Shown: one piece after another, positions 1-11,314 of the stretch | How the letters are laid out: each line of letters starts with the position of its first letter | How positions within the stretch are numbered: the stretch's first letter is position 1 | The notes under the pieces: model-generated | Databases searched by the model: none | Seen by the model: the letters and a program-made list of their open reading frames with translations, nothing else | What the model was told of the DNA's origin: nothing | Source of the DNA: Mobula hypostoma | Lineage: Eukaryota | Reading direction: 5' to 3' | Length of the DNA: 64,000 nucleotides | Assembly (NCBI RefSeq): GCF_963921235.1 | Contig: NC_086108.1 | Span: 86,616,001 to 86,680,000, forward strand | Made by a program: the position numbers and the translations under genes

Positions 1-985
1 AGCGGCGGGGTCCGGGCCAGAAAGCGGGGAATGGGCCAATTGTTTGGTCGTTGCTGGAAGAGACTTGGAGGCAATTTGATGTGGCAGAACCAAGGCAAGG
101 TGAGGCAGAGTTGAGGTGGAGCTCCTGACCAAGAGTGACGAACGACCCGAGAATTGAACGATTTAAGTGCCGGGCCAGACTAAAAAGGTCAAGATGTCAG
201 GACTGGAGGTGAGCATCGGGCCAGTGTTCACCTTGCTGCTCCATGGGGTTTACTCATCTCTGCACTGAAATGAGAATGTGGCCTGCAACTAACTCACTTT
301 CTTGAATTTCCGTTCAGCAGATTGATTCCTGGGATGGCAGGACTTTCATATGATGAAAGACTGGATGAAGTAGGCTTATACTCGTTGGAATTTAGAAGAT
401 TGAGGGGGGATCTGATTGAAACATATAAAATCCTAAAGGGATTGGACAGGCTAGATGCAGGAAGATTGTTCCAGATGTTGGGGAAGTTCAGAACGAGGGG
501 TCACAGTTTGAGGATAAAGGGGAAGCCTTTTAGGACTGAAATTAGGAAAAACTTCTTCACACAGAGAGTGGTGAATCTGTGGAATTCTCTGCCACAGGAA
601 ACAGTTGAGGCCAGTTCATTGGCTATATTTAAGAGGGAGTTAGATATGGCCCTTGTGGCTATGGGGATCAGGGGGTATGGAGGGAAGGCTGGTGCAGGGT
701 TCTGAGTTGGATGATCAGCCATGATCATACTGAATGGCGGTGCAGGCTCGAAGGGCCGAATGGCCTACTCCTGCACCTATTTTCTATGTTTCTATGCTAT
801 TTGCTTACCTTTAGTGTTTGCACGATTTGTTTTTTCACTCTGCAAATTGGGAGTTCAACGGTCTTCTTTTGTTTAAATGGGTTCTATTGAATTTCTTTGC
901 TTTGTGGCTGTCTGTGAGGATTGTATTTCAAGGTTGTATAAACTATACGTACATATTTTGTAAATAATGTTCTTTGAACATTGAA
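1..985 (+). repeat. Unclassified non-autonomous interspersed repeat, split by a CR1 insertion at ~318-796
   Basis: Segments 1-317 and 797-985 are collinear with a second copy at ~23130-23730 (shared GCCTGCAACTAAC, AAATG(G/A)GTTCTATT, TCAAGGTTG, tail CTTTGAAC(A/T)TTGA). Confidence 0.7.
318..796 (+). mobile_element. CR1 LINE 3' fragment
   Basis: ORF 322-705 (LYSLEFRRLRGDLIETYKIL...TRGHSLRI...FFTQRVVNLWNSLP) is the CR1 ORF2 C-terminus; ends in (TTTCTATG)n tail. Confidence 0.95.
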
Positions 986-989
986 AATT

Positions 990-3940
990 GTCAAAGTCAA
1001 AAGTAAATTTATTATCTTACTATGTATGTGTTACCATCTACTACTTCGAGATTATTTTTTCCTTGTAGGCATTTACAGAAAAATAAAGAAATACAATAGA
1101 ATTGATGAATAACTATGCATAATAAAGACAGACAAACACACAACGTGCAAAAGGTGGCAAATCATTCAAATAACTAAAAATGAAGAAAACAAGTGATACT
1201 GAGAACAAGAGTTGTAGAGTCCTTGAAAGTGAGTCTATAAGTTGTGGAGTCAGTTCAACATTGAGATGAGAAGATATCCATGCTGGTTCAAGAGCGTGAT
1301 GGTTGTACGGTAGTGACTGTTCCTGAACCTGGTGTTGTGGGACCTAAGGCTCCTGCCTCTCCTGCCTAATGGTAGTAGTGTGAAGGGAGCATGGCCTAGA
1401 AGATGGGGTCCTTGATGATGGATGCTTCTTTCTTGTGGCAGTTCTCCTTGTATGTACTCAATGCTGGAGAGGGACTTGCATGCCAATCACTTTTTGTAGA
1501 CATTTCTGTTTCTGGTTATTGGTGTTTCCATACCAGCTGTGATGCAGCCTGTTAGGATACTCTCCACTGAGCATCTATAGAAGTTTGTCAAAGTTTTAGA
1601 TACATGTCAAGTCTACGCAAACTTCCAAGGAAGTAAAAGTACTGCCGTGCTATTTTAGTGATTGTGTTATTTAGTGCTGGACTCTGAACAGATCCTTCTG
1701 ATATTGTAGCGCCAAGGAATTTAAATTAACCCAACTCTCCACCTCTGATACCCTAATGAGCCCTGGCTCATGAACTTTCGGCTGCTTCTTCCTGTATTTA
1801 ATAATCAGCTCTTCGGTTTTGCTGACCTCAACTAGATTTTCAAACTTCCTCTTATAAGATGATTTATCAGAGACTTTAATTTGGCCAACTGGTGTCAGCA
1901 GCAATCTTAAGTGTGGTGTTGGAGCTGCACTTAGCTATGTAATCTTAGATATGAAGCATGTAGAGCAGGAGACTAAACGCATAGTTTGTAGTGCACCTGT
2001 ATTGATGGCGAATGTGGAGGAGATGTTGTTGCCCATCCATATTGGCTGGGGTCTGCAAGTCAGAAAGTCAAGGACCCAGTTGCACAGGAAGGATTTGCGA
2101 CCTAGATCTTGGAGCTTTGTGCTGAATGCTGAGCTGTAGTCAATGAAGAACATCCTGATGTATGCATCTTCATTGTCCAGCTATTCCAATGCTGAGTGAA
2201 GAGCCAGTGAAATGGCATCTGCTGATGACCAGTTGTGAGAGTAGGCAAATTAGCACATACCCAAATCATTCATCAGGTTGGTTCATGACCAACCTCTCAA
2301 AGCACTTTATCACAGTGCACGTCAGTGCTACTGTGTGATAGTTATTGAGGCAGATTACCGTGTTCTTCTTGGGCACTGATATGATTGAAGTGCAAACCTC
2401 ACACTACCAACGCAGAACTGAAAAGATGTCAGTAAAAATTCTAGCTGGGTCTTGAGTGGTCGGCAAGGTACATAGTCTGTGCTGAAAGCTTCTTGTGGGT
2501 TTAACCTCCTGAAGGATGCTCTCGCATTAGTTCTATGATTGAAGTCACAGGGTGATCAGGGTCTGTTGGGGTTCTTGAAGACTATTCCATGTTCTATTGG
2601 TCAAAGTGAGCTCATCTGGGAGGGAAAGCTTGTTGGCAATTAGGTTGCTTGGTTTTGCTTTCTAGTAGTGATAGCATTCAAGCCCTGCCACAGTAGTTGA
2701 GCATCCTTCGGTGATTAAAATTTGTTCCGGAGGTGCCACTTCACATGTGAGATGGCTTTCAACAGGTCATGTCTGGACCTCCTGTACCTTCCTGGATCAG
2801 CAGTCCTGAACACCATCAGAAGATTGTGGATCTCTTGGATCAGCCAGGGTTTCTGTTGGGCAGGATGCTGAATGATTTTGTGGGTACACGCTTATTTATG
2901 TGCCTTTATAAAGTCTATCAAAACCGTGGGATATTCTTTGTGGTCCTCTGATGAATCCTTGAACGTAGCCCAGTCCACCGACTGAACGTCATCCCATAGA
3001 TGGTCCACTGCCTGCTGTGACCAGCTCCTTGTTGTCCTTACCTCTGGTGCGTTTCTCTTTAGCCCCTGCCTATTTGCAGGTATGAAGAGGATGGACAGAT
3101 GATCAGATTTCCCAAAATGAAGTCAAGGGGTAGAACAGAAGGTCATTCCTGATGGTAGTGTAGGAAATAGTCGAGTATGTTGTGTTATCTGGTGCTACAG
3201 GTAATGTTCTGATATTAGTTGGGCAGGGATTTCTTCAAGCTATCCTGATTGAAGTCCCTGGCAAGTATGTGAAAGGCATTAGGGGAGGTTATTTCTTGTT
3301 TCTTGATCATGGCACTCAATACATCGAGTGCTTGCTTGACATCTGCCTTTGGTGGTATGTAAACTGTGGTCAGGATCATTACTCTTTCAGCAAGTAGAAT
3401 GGCTGGCACTTATTATTAGCTGCTCACGTCAGGAAAACAAGTGTGACAAGACAGCTACATTTGAGCACCGCCGTGAGTGTATCATGAAACTAACATCGCT
3501 GCCTCTACTCTTTCCTCCAGCTGCACTGTATCCAGAGTGTTGGAGGTGAACCAAGTCTCAGTGAAGCAGAGACTTCGATACAGCAATCTTTCCCGTAGGT
3601 CCTCTGTCCAACTCCCCAGTGCCTGTACATGGGCCAGCAGTATGCTAGGTAGTGGTAGCCTCAGCTTCAGTTGAAGTCTGCTCTTTTGTCCACACTTCCT
3701 ATGGCAGACAACCTTCTGTATCCAGGTGCTGTACCTGCAGTCCTGAGAGTCCAGTTTGCTGAGTTCTTCAGGAGATTATAAAATCACTCGTGCATTTGGA
3801 TGGTTCAAAGTGCATTACTTAAAGGGAAATTACAGACTGCAGATAGCAGTGATAACAGTTCAGAAGATATATATTCAGTACCTTAGTGAGCTACCTGCGT
3901 GTGGAGTATGTCACAAGCACCATCTTAACTGTGCCTAATT
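990..3940 (-). mobile_element. Degenerate Rex1/Babar-like LINE (endonuclease + RT remnants)
   Basis: Minus-strand peptides in order: TTVYIPPKADVKQAL..ARDFNQ (3215-3409, endonuclease), [24 protein letters not shown] (1935-2153, RT), LLPLGRRGRSLRSHNTRFRNS (1250-1486, C-terminus). Confidence 0.85.
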
Positions 3941-4742
3941 CAGAAGAAACTTCAGGAAATTCTACTTAAACTTGCTAACAAAATTGACAAATCTTCATGT
4001 AACTTGCAACTATCCACTCTAAGTGAAAGTGTACACAGAGTCCCTGAAATTAACCAGGATTCTTCTCCAAGGGCTGCATCGATTTCTTAGCCTCTTTTTA
4101 TAATGCTAAACCAACTGTGAAGTAATTTGATGAAGACAGCTTCTAGTCTTTGTTCATTTGCCACCTACCATTTTCCAATCTGCATGCTGCCTTAACATTT
4201 GAACGAGTATATCTGGCTCAGAATGCACTGTGCTCCTGTCAGCCCAACTATAGTTAGCAAAGGGGCTGATCCTAAAGGCTACAGGAATGAGTGGTTAGTT
4301 TTATTTGTTTCTTGACTGCTTCGGATGCCAAAGTGACAAAATAAACTTTTGAGGTGTTGGAAATTTGAAACAAAAGAATGCTGGAAATATTGAGTAGGCC
4401 AGACGCCGGCTGTGGAGAGGTAGGATTGTGGGGTTAATTGTCAAAGGTTATAAAGTACTGACAGAGATATAGACCTTGATTCTGGCCCCCTTCCCAGTTG
4501 CTTGTTCAGGTTGAGTTAAGCCATCATGCAGTCATAATGGCTGAGGAAGTTTGCTACTACCTTCAGGCAGGAGGAACAGTGGTCTTAGGACCCACATGAC
4601 CAGGTTCAGAAACAGTTACTACGCTTCAACCATCAGCTCCTGAACTGGCTTGCATAACTTCAGTCACCACAATGCGGAACTGATCCCACCACTTACAGAC
4701 TCACCTTCAAGGTTTCTGCAACTCATGCTCTCCGCATTATTT

Positions 4743-5880
4743 GGGGTGGCACGGTAGAGTATGTTATGTAACCGGCAACAATGAATATCAATCAAGACAG
4801 GTTATATAAAAACAACCAAACATTTATTAAACACGGACAAACGATAAACGAAAACCTTAACTGGAAGTTAACCACTATGCAGCCGTTCAACAAATCATCA
4901 CTCGGCGCTGGTTCTTAAAGCGTTAAATGCGAAAACAGTTCTCAAGGTGGTAAAGTCAGATACAGTTCTCAAAATGGTAAATTTGAAAGTCCAACAGATT
5001 TATACGTTCAGTTGGGAGAGACTTCTCTGGAGAAGGATTTCTTCATAGACGCGACTTCCCTGCTGATTCTGTCCACAGGATTCACGATGCAGTAAATAAA
5101 CAGTTTAAAACAACTGACCTTAAATTCTTTTAGAGAGAGCAAACCTTTGCATGAACTCCCTCTCTTTTGGCAAGAGGTATCTCAATGCAGGTCGCTACTC
5201 CTTCAATGAAGACTCAATAAGATCGATCCTTTGTTAAACTGCTGAACGATGCTGACTCCTCTCACCTTCGGGTCCTGTACTTCGATAAAGTCTTCACTCT
5301 CCCTTCTACTGCTGGAATAGGGTAAATCAGCACATCTATCCAAAAATTTCCAGTCCAATAATATTGTATCTTGCAACAGAATGCTCAACTGTTTCAAAAA
5401 TGAAACTGCGTCACAAAAACAAACACGCAACGGAAACGGAGAAACAGAGACACAGCACGTTCTACCTGGAAATCTACAATCTAAAAACTAACTGTGTCAT
5501 CTGGGGTCTCCCCTTATATACTCGTGGTGCACATGTCATCTTGTGACCTCACGTCGGCAGGAAAATTACATCAGGTGACCTCCAAAAGACCATTACATCA
5601 TTCTCACACAAAAAAACACAGATCTCCTTGAGGCATGTAACTAGCAGTTAGTGTAATGCTATAGTACCAGCAACCTGGGTTCAATTCTGCTGTCTGTAAG
5701 GAGTTTCTGTATGTTCTGTCCATAACCAAGTCATTTTCCTTTGGGTGCTCCAGTTTCTTCTCACATTCCAAAGACATGTAAGTTAGTAGGTTGATTGGTC
5801 ACATGGATTTAATGGGGCAGCACAGGCTCACTGGGCTGGAAGGGCTTGTTACTGTGTTATATCTCCAAATAAAAACGAAT
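4743..5880 (+). mobile_element. tRNA-derived V-type SINE split by an LTR (4743-4761 and 5642-5880)
   Basis: A-box GGTGGCACGGTAG..|..TAGCAGTTAG, B-box GGGTTCAATTC, body TGTCTGTAAGGAGTTT..GGGTGCTCCAGTTTC..CACATTCCAAAGAC. Confidence 0.8.
4762..5641 (-). mobile_element. Putative solo LTR (~880 bp)
   Basis: Termini TGTTA...TAAC (terminal A and TSD not clean); minus-strand TATATAAGGG (~5511-5520) and AATAAA (~4823-4828) in U3-R-U5 order; cleanly interrupts a SINE A-box. Confidence 0.7.
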
Positions 5881-6718
5881 AAAAATATTTTTTTATTTGC
5901 ACAATTTGTACCTTGGTTGTTCGTCAGACGTGGTTTACATATAGTCTTCCATAACTTCTTCGTATTTCTTTATTTTCTATCTTCCAACCATTACCAACAC
6001 CACCATCTCCACAACACTACCAAATCACAAGCATTTTTATGATTACTTCCCCAACACTTGCGATATCTCAGACTTTTATCCTCAGGAGACTGAGCTTCAT
6101 CTAACCCGTTCTTCTATATTTTAGCTTGGTCACTTGTCTTGTGTGATTTCTATTGCCCCCTCATTATTCCACCTCACCTGTTTCCCACTTGTGGCCCGAT
6201 TACCCTTCAGGCTCTGGTCTTTGGATCTCCCTTCCATATACTCCACTGTCAGTACCATATGACTCCCACAATCGAGAGCCATCTCTCTAGGCACCACTGT
6301 TTCATGACATACGAGAGTGTTATTAAACCTGATTCTGATTCTGTTTCGCCGTTGTATTTTTGTAATAAAAAACCTCCTGAAAAGAACAAAAATGATAAAT
6401 CATGTGAAGTAGGAACTGAAGTAGATGACTCAGCTCATCATGCCAACTTCAGCATTCATTAGGTTCTTAGCTGATCTTCCATTCAGCTCTGCTTTCCTGT
6501 ATTAATCATATATTCCTTTACAGCCTTAAAATCTAAAAATGCATTGATTTCTGCTTTAAGTACACTCAGTGGCTACTTTATTAGGTACACATCTGTTCAT
6601 TAATGCAAATATCTAATCAACCAATAATGTGGTAGCACTTCGATGCATAAAAGCATGCAGACATGGTCAAGAGGTTCAGTTATTGTTCAGACCAAACATC
6701 AGAATGGGGAAGAAACGT

Positions 6719-7473
6719 CAGCAGGTGGCACAGCATGGCAGCAGCAGCCTTTCCGATCTGGTGCTACTTTAATTTAGTTTTTAAATTTAATTTTAAAGCA
6801 CAATTAGGGTTAAGGGCAATGGATAACAGGGCGACTATCTACCATCGCCAGATACTGCTACAATACAGAGATCGTCCAAAAACAAACCTGCATGAAGATC
6901 TGCTGGTTAAATTGTGCGACCTCGGCTTGCTGAGAGAATCAGGCCTGCAGTCCTGATGCCAGAGGTCGGAGGTGGGGACGTCGTAAGCAGTGTGCGAGGA
7001 AGCGGAAGCGAGGCGAGCGGGCAGGAGTCTGTGCCAGGAAAAAAGCAAGCCCTAGCCAGCTGGCTGTCCCGTCCATTTTGTTCTCCAACGAACATTAAAT
7101 TGGACTACATCCGACTCCAACGAAATACTCGACGGGAGTACAGAAACGGATGGAATACCATACACCGCCATTCAGCTGTTTATTTGTGGAACAGTTTTCC
7201 CCCAAGCCATCGGACTACCAACCTACTGCCCTCTGCTGTGCCTATTGTCTTGTTTATTATTTATTGTAATGCCTGCACTGTTCTGTGTACTTTATACAGT
7301 CCTGGGTAGGTCTGTAGTCTAGTGTAGTTCTTGTGTTGTCTTACGTAGTTCAGTGTAGTTTTTGTATTGTTTTATGTAGCACAATGGTCCTGAAAAACGT
7401 TCTCTCATTTTTACTGCATACTGTACCAGCAGTTATGGTCAAAATGACAATAAAAAGTGACTTGACTTGACTT
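6719..7473 (+). mobile_element. Bipartite (5' end + 3' end) non-autonomous Rex1/Babar-like LINE derivative
   Basis: ORF start region (MDNRATIYHRQILLQYR.. then RKRGERAGVCARKK..PSILFSN) joined within ~500 bp to a 3' end (GGAACAGTTTT..AAGCCATC) and a CAATAAA..(GACTT)n tail. Confidence 0.7.
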
Positions 7474-7723
7474 GATCTAAGTGTCCTTGACCATGAAATG
7501 ATTGTTGGTACCAGATGGGGTGATATGAGTATCTCAGAAACTGCTAATCTCCTCAGATTTTTGCACACAACAGTCTCTAGAGTTTACAGAGAGTGGTATG
7601 AATAACAAAACACATCCAGTGAGTGGTGGTTCTGTGGTTGAAAACTCCTTGTTAATGAGAGAGGTCACAGGAGAATGGTTGGATGGTTTAAGCTGACAGG
7701 AAGACAACAGTAAGTCAAATAAC

Positions 7724-7794
7724 GCAAACAACTTCCTCTTCCTAGAGATGCTGCCTGGCCTGCTGCGTTCACCAGCAACTTTGATGTGTGTTGC
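7724..7794 (+). mobile_element. Short Penelope-like terminal fragment with TSD
   Basis: GATGCTGCCTGGCCTGCTGCGTTCACCAGCAACTTTGATG flanked by AGTAAGTCAAATAA / AGTAACTCAAATAA; same family as 54205-54290. Confidence 0.7.
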
Positions 7795-8589
7795 AGTAAC
7801 TCAAATAATCACACTTTACAACAATGTGTGCTGAAGTGTGTCTCTGAACACATGGCACATCGAACCTTGAAGTGAATGGGCGACAGCAGCAGAAGACTAT
7901 GAACATACACTCAGTTGCTACTTTATTACGTACAGGTGGTCACAGCGTGTATACCTTGCTACTCTAGGATACAGAATCTTGAAGATCCCCCTCACTCAGG
8001 GTAAAAAAATCTGTTTTCATCTCTGACCCAAATGACCATTCGAAAACTATGGTTCTTGATTCTTGACGCCCCATTCAGGAGAAACAACATCCTTGCATCA
8101 AGTCCATATGGATTTTGCTCATTTCAGTGGGATCACTTCTCAATGTTGTAAACTCAAAATTACTTTTGTCTCATCTCTTCTCATGCCACAAACAAACTAT
8201 CCCTGGAATCAGTCTAGTAAAGCTTTGCTTCATTCCCTTTATCACAAGCATATCTACCTGTGGGTAGTGAGATCATATTTGTCTGCTGTATCCCAGAGGC
8301 AGTCTTTCCAAGAGCCTATCTAGTTGGAGAAAAATGCCTCTACTCTCATTTTATCCCATTTCCAATAAAGGGCAATTTTATTAGTGACTAGACTTCAAAT
8401 ATATATAGCATTGTTTGTAATGTGCTTAGGGATATATATATATATGGATATATTTTCTACCAAAATAAACTTTATTCATAATAAAAGCAATGCTTACAGG
8501 GATAAATTGAACAATGCCTTTTCATTCTTAGACATGGTGTTAAGTAGATTTCAATTACGTTTTCTTCAAATCAGAGCACTGTTGCCACT

Positions 8590-9110
8590 CATGTGGCCCT
8601 CTGGGATGGTATACTACCACAATAATTGAGGAGCTTCCTCACCCTACCCAGCCTTTCCCTGTCCAGTGGCAGAAAACCCCGATACTGTGGTTCTCCTCCA
8701 CCAAGTATTTGCAGAGGCTGCACCAAGCATCAGTACATCCCTCAGCATGTACTCCCGCATCCTATAATGCACCATTTGGCAGCCCTGCTCTACAGACATC
8801 TTGATGTGTTGGCAGAATCAGGTAGAGCAAAGGGCGTCTTTCACTGAGCTAATGATAAATCAGCAGCACTTGATGCCTGCCTATGTGTGTATCCCTGGAA
8901 ACAGCCTGTAGATCAGAGAATCCTCTGTCGCACAGGCTCGGGATGAACTGTAACACATGCCCTTGCATCTTTCTCCGAATCGGCTTTGCAAACCCACAGT
9001 CCGAAAAGGAGGGAGTGATTGTTGCCTGATATCTAAGGACTCCCTTACTAATAGGTTGTAACTGTTTGCTCAAGGACAGCCAGGTCCTTCTGAAGGTGAA
9101 CACCTTTCAA
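8590..9110 (-). mobile_element. Tx1-like (L1 group) LINE 3' fragment
   Basis: Minus-strand FSDCGFAKPIRRKMQG..FIPS then MSVEQGCQMVHYRMREYMLRDVLMLGAASANTWWRRTTV; a related piece MAHSRLQGYVVRDKMKL lies at ~12720-12900. Confidence 0.65.
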
Positions 9111-10099
9111 ATTTTCACCATTTGAAAGGTACTTGCCTTCTATTTTTCCTGCCAAGGGAAAAAACTCCTTTTCACATTACTTTCTTTCTGTCATGTCCTT
9201 GCCCACATCCTCTGCACTACCATTCTGTTTTGTATCATCCACAAACTAGATATATAACTCTTCATCCAATCATCCAAATCTGAAAATGTGGGGGTTTAGT
9301 ATCATTCCCCACATGGCCTCCCAACCTGAAAATGACCCATTTATTCCCACCCTCTGTTTTTGTCCATTCACTAACCTTCTGTTAATACCAATATGCCGTG
9401 TTCTCTAATTTAATTGTGTGATCTTTTATGTGGCATTTTATAGAAGGCCTCCTGAAAGTTCAAAAGCACTGCATCATTTAATTTACTTTATCTACTTTGC
9501 CAGTTACTACCTCAATAACTTCCAACAGATTTGTCAAATATAATTTTTTTTTCATGAATGTACTGTCACTATTGTTACTTTCTGAAGTGTTACTGATGCC
9601 ATGCCAACTAGATTGTGATTCAATGTTTTCTCTGTCTCTTGTACAGATGAGTACATTTCGTCCTTCAGTAAGGAATTTGGGCAGTTAACTAATTTATCCA
9701 CCATCCTCATGTGAAAATTTAAGACTTTCCATCAAGAAGTGCTTATCTTTAGCAATCTTTTAGCTGTAGACCACAATAAAGCTGCTATCAAATTGAATTT
9801 TGACAAATCCAGCAATACTCCATAGGTTCCAAATTGTGGTAGCATTGAACTTGGACCTGTTCTTGAGCAACAAGAAGGCGTGGAAGTCAATTTCTAGAAG
9901 ACTTATTGCCATGATTTGCATTATATTGGTGACAACGCTTGAAAAAGTACTTCATTGACTGCAAGATCAGAATGTCATAGAGTTGTACAGTATAAAAACA
10001 GGCCCTTCACCCACCATGACTATGATGAGCTCCATGATAGTCACATATGATGGAACATTTATGTTAGTTCCACTTTCCTATACTAGTTCCATAATTCCT

Positions 10100-10420
10100 C
10101 AAACACAAGAGATTCTGCAGATGCTGGAAATCCAGAGTAGCACATACAAAATGCTGGAGGAACTTAGCAGGTCAGGCAGCATCTATGCAATGGAATTAAC
10201 AGTCGATGATTCAGGCTAAGGCCCTTCATCAGGACTGGGGAAAAAAAAGGAGAAAGAAGCTAGAATAAGAAGGTGGGGGAGGGGGGGCGAAGGAGTACAA
10301 GCTAGGAGGTCAATCTCCTATCAGACTCCTTTCTCATCAGCCCTTCACCTTTTTTACCCATCACCTCCCAGCTTCTTACTTCATGTCCCGCCCTCACTCC
10401 TCTGTCTTCACATATTGCCC
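10100..10420. mobile_element. Penelope-like terminal fragments in inverted arrangement
   Basis: Minus-oriented terminus (CTGCAGATGCTGGAAATCC..GCAGGTCAGGCAGCATC) at 10100-10310, followed by a plus-oriented pyrimidine-rich 3' UTR piece. Confidence 0.75.
10200..10237 (-). ncRNA. Minimal type I hammerhead ribozyme-like motif (degenerate)
   Basis: Minus strand reads CAGUC-CUGAUGA-AGGGCCUUAGCCU-GAAUC-AUC-GACUG: stem I CAGUC/GACUG and CUGAUGA are intact; GAAAC and GUC are mutated. Confidence 0.6.
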
Positions 10421-10429
10421 TCTAGTTCA

Positions 10430-11275
10430 ATAGTTCTGCTTAATATCAGAGAAATGTTTGCTCCCTGCATCCTGAAATTCTTGTTCGTCGCAGGCATCCA
10501 TGAAAACAGAAGAGTGCCCCAAAGAATCAGTAACAGTTAAAAAGTTAGAACCCCAACTCCCCCTCCTATGCACAAGCAGCAGCAAAGCAACAATCCCCCA
10601 CCTCAACCCACTTCCACAAAACAGTAACAGCACCCTCCACCCACCGTGGGCAATAGCAAAGCCTCTAATGAAGACCACAGTCTGCAGTACAACAAAAATT
10701 AGTCATTCATCCAACAATTCGACATAACACAAGCTCTCTTCCTCTCCCTAATAATGGGAAAAAGAGGTGTCGACTTTCACAGCAAGGGGGGAGACAAAAC
10801 AGCTCACTGATTTATGGTGTTAAGAGTCTGTCACATTCCGCCCCCCACTCCTGAGTTGTCCACTCAGAAAATCGGGAACAATCTCTAACCCACATACAGG
10901 AGAGAGAGCACGATTCGCCGAGTACAGAACCTCTGACGGCTGATCCAGTGTTCCCGATACTCCGCTGTCTTCCGCAAAGCTTCAGTCGGCAGCACCGGCT
11001 TAGAATCAGCCTGTCCACAGGGCCGCAAAACCAAAGCCGTTCTTGTCTTCTAGGCCACGTCCTTGGGGTATCGAAATGTGACCGGCCGGGAGCCCCTGGG
11101 AGTGGGTCCCAGCACTGCAAAGAACCAAAGTTTGAGTGTAACTCCAGGTCAGGGTCTTCAACAGAACTCTATCCACCCTGAAAAGGGAAAAGGGAGGTAA
11201 CAAAGGAAAAAGTTAAGCTGTTTTCATAGATGAATATGAAGGAGTCGCAATTTAGTATCATCATAACTCCAGCTT
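10430..11275 (-). repeat. Unclassified non-autonomous interspersed repeat
   Basis: CpG-rich body with A/C-rich short repeats; no recognisable ORF; organisation resembles 32872-33775. Confidence 0.5.
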
Positions 11276-11314
11276 TGCCTATGTCAATCTAGCTATCGCT
11301 ACTACAATAATTGA

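Larger units (their letters stand above)
4550..5975 (+). mobile_element. Rex1/Babar-like 3' fragment hosting a SINE, which hosts an LTR
   Basis: 4550-4645 encodes a decayed LLPSGRRNSGLRTHMTRFRNSYYASTI C-terminus; 3' UTR-like sequence resumes near 5885 after the SINE. Confidence 0.65.
6563..7949 (+). mobile_element. Non-autonomous Tc1/mariner element with N-terminal transposase HTH remnant
   Basis: TA|CACTCAGTGGCTACTTTATTAGGTACA at left; degenerate TGGTCACAGCGTG|TA at right. Removing 6719-7473 gives MGKKRDLSVLDHEMIVGTRWGDMSISETANLLRFLHTTVSRVYREW. Confidence 0.88.
6460..8450 (-). mobile_element. Old CR1 3' fragment interrupted by a Tc1 element
   Basis: Decayed reverse CR1 3' sequence on both sides of the TA target of the Tc1 element. 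Confidence 0.55.
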
